DNA from: an uncultured Actinomycetes bacterium | Lineage (GTDB): Bacteria; Actinomycetota; Thermoleophilia; RBG-16-64-13 | Assembly: GCA_963841735.1 (NCBI GenBank) | Contig: CAWJDT010000001.1 | Coordinates: forward strand, 1,708,514-1,772,513 | DNA length: 64,000 nucleotides | Reading direction: 5' to 3' | Shown: piece after piece, positions 57,889 through 64,000 of the stretch | Numbering within the stretch: position 1 is the stretch's first letter | Layout of the letters: the number at the start of each line of letters is the position of its first letter | Program-made: the position numbers and the translations under genes | The notes under the pieces: model-generated | Database searches by the model: none | What the model saw: the letters and a program-made list of their open reading frames with translations, nothing else | Told to the model about the DNA's origin: nothing

Positions 57889-59424
57889 ATGGATCTTCAT
57901 AGGCTCCTTCAGAAGACTTTTTCGGGATGGTCGCCCGTTGTCGCGATCGGCACCACAACGGTCGCCAGCATCGCAGTGGCTGTCTATTGTCTTTCTTTCG
58001 GCTGGTACATCATTTTCCAGAATCTATTCTACGTGCCTATCACCATTGCTTGTATGTACTATAAGAAGAAGGGTTTCGCCTTCTCTGTGCTGGTTGCGTT
58101 AATCTACTTGATGTTAATGCTTGCGTTTAATAGAACAGCGGGAGTCATAGGTGAAGCAGCGGTAAGAGTAGTCATCTTTATAGCGGTGGCAGGGGTTGTC
58201 ACAGTGCTGATGATAAGAAGGGGTCAGGCGGAAGAGCGGCTTCGGGCGAGCGAGGCCCACCTGGCCATTGAGCGCCAAATGCAAGACACACAGAGGCTGG
58301 AGAGTCTGGGGGCGCTGGCCGGTGGCGTTGCTCACGACTTCAACAACATCTTGACCAGCATTCTGGGCAACGCCGAGTTAGCTCTCTCGGAGATTGCGCC
58401 TTCCGCGCCTGCGCGGGCGAACCTTCTGGAGGTCGTGGCCGCTTCGCAACGGGCGGCCGCGCTCTGCCGGCAGATGCTGGCCTACTCCGGTCGTAGTCGC
58501 TTTGTGATCGGGCCCATCGACGCGGGAGCGTTCATCGAGAGCATGCTGCCCCTCCTGAGGAGTGCCGCCTCCAAGAAGGTTTCTCTCAGCCTTGACCTGG
58601 AGAAGGAGCTGCCGGTTGTGCAGGGTGACCCCAGTCAGCTTTCGCAACTGATCATGAACCTGGTGTCAAACGCTTCCGAAGCCATCGGTGAAGAGGAGGG
58701 GATCATCACCATTTCGGCGGGGGCCCGGGAGTTCTCAGGCGAGTACCTCAAGGAGATCTTTGGAAGTGAGAAGGCATCTCCTGGTCTCTACCTATGCTTG
58801 GAGGTCGCCGACACCGGCTGCGGTATGGAGAGCCGGACCCTGGAGCGCCTGTTCGAGCCCTTCTTCACCACTAAGTTCACCGGCCGGGGCCTGGGGCTGC
58901 CGGCCGCCCAAGGTATCGTGCGCGGGCACAAGGGGGCTATCCAGGTGCAAAGCGAAGTGGGCCGAGGCACGACCGTCTCCGTCCTGCTACCGGCTTTGGC
59001 TGCCGAGAGCGGCGAGTTGCTTCGCAAGAACAATCCCACCGAGGACGAATGGCAAGGAGAGGGCACCATCCTGTTGGTCGATGATGAGGAGACCGTGCGC
59101 ACAATGGGCGCGCGCGCCCTGGCTGCGCTCGGCTTCGCCGTGATAGCGGCCTGCGATGGTCATCAGGCGTTGGAGGTCTACCGTGAGCACCGGGATGAGA
59201 TCGCCCTGGTCCTTCTGGACCTCACAATGCCTCGCATGGACGGCGAAGAGGCCTTGTGTGAACTACGCCTCATAGACCCAGAGGTGCGAGTGGTCATGTC
59301 GAGTGGATATACCGAGAGTGACGTTGTCGCCCGCTTGGCCGGCAAGGGTGTGGCTGGTTTCCTGCAGAAGCCCTACGCGCTGGCTGAACTGAGGGAGAAG
59401 CTGCGTGTGGCGCTGACGCCATAA
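57889..59424 (+). CDS. Membrane hybrid histidine kinase with receiver domain
   Basis: TM N-terminus, AHDFNN.L, FEPFFTTK, GRGLGL, C-terminal REC (DLTMP). Confidence 0.9.
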   Translation: MDLHRLLQKTFSGWSPVVAIGTTTVASIAVAVYCLSFGWYIIFQNLFYVPITIACMYYKKKGFAFSVLVALIYLMLMLAFNRTAGVIGEAAVRVVIFIAVAGVVTVLMIRRGQAEERLRASEAHLAIERQMQDTQRLESLGALAGGVAHDFNNILTSILGNAELALSEIAPSAPARANLLEVVAASQRAAALCRQMLAYSGRSRFVIGPIDAGAFIESMLPLLRSAASKKVSLSLDLEKELPVVQGDPSQLSQLIMNLVSNASEAIGEEEGIITISAGAREFSGEYLKEIFGSEKASPGLYLCLEVADTGCGMESRTLERLFEPFFTTKFTGRGLGLPAAQGIVRGHKGAIQVQSEVGRGTTVSVLLPALAAESGELLRKNNPTEDEWQGEGTILLVDDEETVRTMGARALAALGFAVIAACDGHQALEVYREHRDEIALVLLDLTMPRMDGEEALCELRLIDPEVRVVMSSGYTESDVVARLAGKGVAGFLQKPYALAELREKLRVALTP

Positions 59425-59558
59425 GTCCACGCCGGGTACGCACGACGGGCCGGCTGGGAGAGTAGCGGGTCAACGAGGGCGCTTCCGCTCTGGCGCACGG
59501 CCCCCGCTGCCAGTATCCTGTGTTGACATCTGGTCTGTGACTGACAGGGGGATTCACT

Positions 59559-62111
59559 GTGATTGTGCGCACTACTACCTGGTCGGCCGGTCCCGGCTGC
59601 CATGGCGGCTGTGGGGTTCTCGCCCACATCGAAGACGGCAAGCTGGTCAAGATCGAGGGCGACCCTGACCACCCGATGAACCGCGGGCGGCTCTGCTCTC
59701 GGTGTCTGGCCATGACCCAGTACGTAGATCATCCGGAGAGGCTCCGTAGTCCGCGTATACGCGTGGGCGAGCGCGGCGAGAACAAGTGGAAGGACATCTC
59801 CTGGGACGAGGCCTTCGACTACATCGAAGAGAAGATGGGCAAGATCCGTGACGATTTCGGGCCCGAGAGTGTCATCTTCTCCATGGGCACCGGGCGCGAC
59901 GTAGGAGCCTGGATCTGCCTTTTGGCCTACAACTACGGCAGTCCCAACGTCATGTTCGCGCTGTCGGGCATCGGCTGCTACACGCCGCGCATTGCCGCCT
60001 CCGAGACAGTGCTGGGAGACTACTGCGTGTTCGACGGCGGTCAGTGGCTGCCCCAGGGCCACGATGATCCCGGCTACGAGGTGCCCGAGACGATAGTCGT
60101 GTGGGGCTACAACATCAACGCCTCCTGCCCGGACAACATCTTCGGCCACTGGCTCACCGACCTCATGAAGAAGGGCAGCAAGGTCATCTGCATCGACCCG
60201 CGCCTCAGCTTCTTCGCCTCGCGCGCCGACAAGTGGCTGCAACTCCGGCCGGGCACCGACGGGGCCCTGGCCATGGGCTTTCTGAACGTCATCATAAATG
60301 AGGGTCTTTACGATCGAGCTTTTGTCGAAAAATGGACCAATTCTCCCCACCTTATCCGTAGCGACACGGGCATGCTCTTGCGGGCGGCCGACCTGGTGGC
60401 CGGCGGCTCGCCCGACGACTTCGTCGTCTGGGACACGGCGAGTGGCGCCCCCGCCATCTGGGATTCCGCCAACCAGGAGTTCCGGACGCCAGGCGTGGTG
60501 CCTGCGCTGGAGGTGCCCGCCGACCAGTGTGCCGTGCGCCTGCTGGATGAGTCGTCGGTGCCGGTGAGGACGGTCTGGTCGACCTTCTGCGCCGAAGTGT
60601 CCAAGTACCCCGTCGACAAGGTGGCCGAGATCACCTGGCTCAAAGCCGAAGACATCGCCGAGGCCGCGCGCCTCTACGCCAAGAGCAAGCCGGCCACCAT
60701 CCATTGGGGCGTGGCCATCGACATGACCCCCAACATCACGCCCACGGCTATGGCCATCGCCGACCTGTGGTGCATCACCGGCAACCTGGATGTGCCCGGC
60801 GGCAACGTCATAGCCCGCATGGCCTACAACGCGGTGGCGTATGCCTTGCCGGGCTCCAAGGGCGTCATCGGCCTGCCCAGCATGGAGGACGACCTTGCCC
60901 GCATCGGCCGGGACAAGTACGGCGCTCTAAGAGAGTTCATCTGGCGCGCGCAGACCGACGTCACCATCGACCAGATCTTCACCGGGGACCCTTATCCCAT
61001 CAAGGGTATGTGGATACAGGCCTGCAACCCCATCGGCGGCATAGCGTACGACCCCAAGCGCTGGGTGAAGGCCCTCAAGAAGCTCGACTTCGTCGCGGTG
61101 GTCGACACCTTCATGACTCCCACGGCCGAGCTGGCCGACATCGTGCTGCCGGCGGCCACCTTCCTGGAGAAGGAAGCCATCCGCAGCTGGTGGACGCCGC
61201 TGCAGACCATCAACAAGGCCATCGAGGTGGAGGGCTGCAAGCCCGATAACGAGATCAACTTCGAGCTGGCCAAGCGCTTCAACCCCGACATCCGCTGGAG
61301 GAACGTCCGCGAGTTGATGGACGACATCCTCGAGCCTTCGGGGCTCAACTACGAGGAACTCGCCGAGCGCGGGCCGCTGATCCCGTCCGGCGACATCCCC
61401 AGCGCGCCCTACCTCCGCTACGAGCGGGGCCTGCTGCGCTCCGACAAGAAACCCGGCTTCGCTACCCCCTCGGGCAAGGTGGAGTTGTACTCTGTGCTGC
61501 GCGAACGGTGGGGGTTCGAGCCACTGCCCCACCACGAAGAGCCACCCTTCAGCCCGGTTTCCAGCCCGGAGCTCTATGAGCAGTACCCGCTGATCCTCAG
61601 CACGGGCAGAAGGTCGCCTGTGTTTTTCAACTCCGAGCACCGCAACATCCCCTGGCTGCGCGAGGCCGATCCCGATCCTGTGGTGGAACTCCACCCCGAG
61701 ACAGGAGCCGCTCTTGGCATCGCAAACGGCGAATGGGTATGGATTGAGAACATGTTCGGCAAGTGCAGGCAGAAGGCGAAGCTGACCCCCATCGTGCCGC
61801 GCTGGATGGCGTCGTCCACTCACGGCTGGTGGTATCCGGAGCATGAGGGCGCGGAGCCCTCACTCCGTGGTGTGTGGGACTCAAGCACCAACCAGCTACT
61901 GCCCATGGGCTACCAGGGCAAAGATGGCTTGGGCACTCATGCCAAGTGCACGCTGTGCAAAGTCTATCGGGCGCACAGTGCGCCTCCCAGTGCCTACGCC
62001 ATGCCGGGCGGTGGTGTGATCGGCGGCGCCACAAGCACCGCCACCGCCGGCGCCGCACCGCTATCGGGCCACGCCGCGGCGCGACGCGGCACCGCGGGAA
62101 AGGAGGCCTGA
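59559..62111 (+). CDS. Cytoplasmic Mo/W-bisPGD oxidoreductase catalytic subunit (acetylene hydratase / catechol-dehydroxylase-like clade)
   Basis: WS.GPGCHGGCG...LCSRC, ISWDEA, IDPR, GNLD.PGG, TPTAE.ADI.LPA, F.TPSGK.E, molydopterin-binding C-term. No Tat signal. Confidence 0.88.
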   Translation: MIVRTTTWSAGPGCHGGCGVLAHIEDGKLVKIEGDPDHPMNRGRLCSRCLAMTQYVDHPERLRSPRIRVGERGENKWKDISWDEAFDYIEEKMGKIRDDFGPESVIFSMGTGRDVGAWICLLAYNYGSPNVMFALSGIGCYTPRIAASETVLGDYCVFDGGQWLPQGHDDPGYEVPETIVVWGYNINASCPDNIFGHWLTDLMKKGSKVICIDPRLSFFASRADKWLQLRPGTDGALAMGFLNVIINEGLYDRAFVEKWTNSPHLIRSDTGMLLRAADLVAGGSPDDFVVWDTASGAPAIWDSANQEFRTPGVVPALEVPADQCAVRLLDESSVPVRTVWSTFCAEVSKYPVDKVAEITWLKAEDIAEAARLYAKSKPATIHWGVAIDMTPNITPTAMAIADLWCITGNLDVPGGNVIARMAYNAVAYALPGSKGVIGLPSMEDDLARIGRDKYGALREFIWRAQTDVTIDQIFTGDPYPIKGMWIQACNPIGGIAYDPKRWVKALKKLDFVAVVDTFMTPTAELADIVLPAATFLEKEAIRSWWTPLQTINKAIEVEGCKPDNEINFELAKRFNPDIRWRNVRELMDDILEPSGLNYEELAERGPLIPSGDIPSAPYLRYERGLLRSDKKPGFATPSGKVELYSVLRERWGFEPLPHHEEPPFSPVSSPELYEQYPLILSTGRRSPVFFNSEHRNIPWLREADPDPVVELHPETGAALGIANGEWVWIENMFGKCRQKAKLTPIVPRWMASSTHGWWYPEHEGAEPSLRGVWDSSTNQLLPMGYQGKDGLGTHAKCTLCKVYRAHSAPPSAYAMPGGGVIGGATSTATAGAAPLSGHAAARRGTAGKEA

Positions 62112-62112
62112 C

Positions 62113-62469
62113 ATGGCGGCCAAACGCAAGGCCAAGGCGCCAGAGAACGGCCTGCTCATAGATTACGAATACTGCACGGGCTGCTACGCCTGCCAGGTGG
62201 CCTGCGCCCAGGAACACCACTGGCCGGCGGGCATGGGCGGCATAAGGGTGCAGGAGATAGTGCAGGCCTTGCCCAACGACAAGACCTATCTCACCTTCAT
62301 CCCGTTTCCCACCGAGCTATGCGTGCTCTGTGCGGCCCGCACCCGCAAGGGGCAGCAGCCGGCGTGTGTACAGCACTGCCTGTCGGCCTGTATGAAGTAC
62401 GGGCCAATTGAAGACTTGGCCAAGGAGATGACCAAGCCCCGCATGGTTCTTTGGGCGCCGCGCGGGTAA
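62113..62469 (+). CDS. Small 4Fe-4S ferredoxin-like subunit of the molybdoenzyme
   Basis: CTGCYACQVAC and CVLC...PACVQHC...C. Confidence 0.88.
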   Translation: MAAKRKAKAPENGLLIDYEYCTGCYACQVACAQEHHWPAGMGGIRVQEIVQALPNDKTYLTFIPFPTELCVLCAARTRKGQQPACVQHCLSACMKYGPIEDLAKEMTKPRMVLWAPRG

Positions 62470-62517
62470 AATCGCCAGTTCCAAGTATCACCAACTGATC
62501 CAGAGGAGCATTTTCGA

Positions 62518-63441
62518 ATGAAGTACAAGTTTGCCGACCGCGCGGATAACGTCTACCTGATAGACGCAGGCATGTTCGGCTTTGAACACTACATGTCCGT
62601 GTTTCTTGTCCAAGGTGAGAAGTTGGCATTGGTCGACACCGGGCTGCCGGATTCTTTGGAAAGAGTAAAGGCCGGCATTAACTCCCACGGCTTCTCTGTG
62701 CGAGATATCGATTACATCTTTGTGACCCACGAGCACCACGACCATAGCGGCAACCTAGGCCCCCTGCTTCGCGAGAACCCCAATATGCAGGCCTTCATCC
62801 ATCCGCTCGGCGCATCCTGGGTAATGGATCCTTCTCAGGAAGACATCAATCGCAAGAAGAATCTCTCCGCCAAGATGGCGAAGCGTTTCGCTCCGATGGA
62901 ACCGGTGCCTGCTGATCGCCTCACCATCCTCAACGATGGAGACGAGTTCGATCTTGGGGATGGGGAGAAGTTGAAGGTGATCTTCACGCCCGGCCACCAG
63001 CCCGGGGGTACGGTGATATTGGAGCAGAAGCACAAGGGTCTGTTCATCAACGATCTGGTGGGCAATTGCTTCGCCGACTGTGACTTTCAACTGATTCTCA
63101 ACCCGCCGCGGTCGGACGTGAGAGTGGCGATGGAGTTCTTGAAGAGCGTTCGCGAATGGGACGTGGAGCGCCTCTTCTTGGGCCATTTCGGCATCAGCGA
63201 CACCCCGAAGAAGCTGATCGACGGGGCCATCGCGAGCATGCAGGAACTTCTGGATATCGCAGACAGCTGCAAGGCCGAAGGCGGCCGCGAGCGCATGATC
63301 CCGCTGGCATATGAGATGAAGATGAAGCAGGCGGAGAAGCTGAAGAGCCGTGGGCAAGACTTGTACGAGTACATGCGGGATGAGCTCTGCAAGGCTCAGG
63401 CCAGGCTATGTACCGACGAGTTCTTCCCGGTCGCTGAGTAG
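62518..63441 (+). CDS. Metallo-beta-lactamase fold hydrolase
   Basis: VDTG, THEHHDHSG, TPGH, D, GHFG. Confidence 0.88.
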   Translation: MKYKFADRADNVYLIDAGMFGFEHYMSVFLVQGEKLALVDTGLPDSLERVKAGINSHGFSVRDIDYIFVTHEHHDHSGNLGPLLRENPNMQAFIHPLGASWVMDPSQEDINRKKNLSAKMAKRFAPMEPVPADRLTILNDGDEFDLGDGEKLKVIFTPGHQPGGTVILEQKHKGLFINDLVGNCFADCDFQLILNPPRSDVRVAMEFLKSVREWDVERLFLGHFGISDTPKKLIDGAIASMQELLDIADSCKAEGGRERMIPLAYEMKMKQAEKLKSRGQDLYEYMRDELCKAQARLCTDEFFPVAE

Positions 63442-63639
63442 GAGGAGCGGGCCGCCGTCGGGGGTGTGACGCCGCGGTAATGAGTGCGCAAGAAGGGACT
63501 CATCGCCTCCCCGGGGGCGCCCAGTCCCTTGACGGTACTGGCCGACCTCTAGCTGCCTGCCCCGCTGGCGCGCGCTCAGACGGTCAAAGCTAAGAGCGGC
63601 GGCTGATGGTGGGCATATCCCGGCGGATAGTACGAAGTA

Positions 63640-63712
63640 TGCGCCCGGAAGGATTCGAACCTTCGACCTTGGGATTAAGAGTCCCCTGCTCTACCAACTA
63701 AGCTACAGGCGC
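63640..63712 (-). tRNA. tRNA-Lys (CTT)
   Basis: Reverse complement GCGCCTGTAGCTTAGTTGGTAGAGCAGGGGA-CT CTT AA-TCCCAAGGTCGAAGGTTCGAATCCTTCCGGGCGCA. Confidence 0.95.
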
Positions 63713-63868
63713 GTCCGCGGTATTTTACACACATTCGGCGCTGTCTGCGGGGCTGTCTACGTTCCTCGAGGGTTATGTTCGCTTGGATAGCAGCAACTTG
63801 ACGGCGCCAGGGGGGTGTGAGACAAAGAGCGCTTGGTTGCGACGAGGACTAGAGGCAGAGGAGCAGCG

Positions 63869-64000
63869 ATGATCGCTGGAGCGCAAGACCAGCCGGAGAG
63901 AAAGCAGTCACAGGCGCAGGAGGACGGGCCGGGTCAGGAGCGTCAGGACTTTCTTCGCGAGCTGATCCAGCAGGATCTTGCCTGTGGGCGTGTCACTGGA
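63869..64000 (+). CDS. glnS: Probable glutamine--tRNA ligase, N-terminus (partial)
   Basis: GAGGAG RBS. ...DFLRELIQQDLACGRVTG resembles the GlnRS N-terminal (N/D)FI..II..DL..G. Truncated by the window end. Confidence 0.55.
   Translation, partial: MIAGAQDQPERKQSQAQEDGPGQERQDFLRELIQQDLACGRVTG

Overview
High-GC bacterial chromosome segment. The eno-divIC-DUF501-ppx and glmU-prs-rplY-pth-mfd synteny plus CWB2/IPT surface proteins suggest a deep-branching, probably anaerobic Actinomycetota such as Thermoleophilia (inference). Bases 1-36 kb are mostly housekeeping: an FtsZ-like tail, nfo, pgi, dinB, an lsrF/epimerase/aldolase-SDR operon, rsmI, metG, tatD, rsmA, ispE, tRNA-Gln, a truncated glmU, prs, rplY, pth, mfd, mazG, eno, a DUF501-Ppx fusion and tRNA-Leu. 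After tRNA-Leu come island scars, a large subtilase-like surface protein, transporters, a TusA-DsrE-IscS-IscU operon, a c-di-GMP signalling cluster, a molybdoenzyme pair, tRNA-Lys and the start of a probable glnS. Most notable: (1) an Fe-S/sulfur-relay operon whose IscS homolog has lost its PLP-binding residues (Schiff-base Lys to Thr, stacking His to Asp) but keeps the persulfide Cys, flanked by TusA, DsrE and an IscU-DUF59 fusion; (2) a palindromic MITE/REP-like element present both upstream of metG and inserted in frame (41 codons) inside metG; (3) a ~155-nt rod-like RNA/MITE candidate at 47.55-47.71 kb; (4) an lsrF operon without AI-2 uptake genes; (5) three tandem zinc-ribbon CD225/dispanin genes. 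Three +1 frameshifts in the first 7.6 kb may be assembly errors. No CRISPR array, rRNA, integrase or transposase was seen. All family calls come from motif recognition by eye, not database searches.
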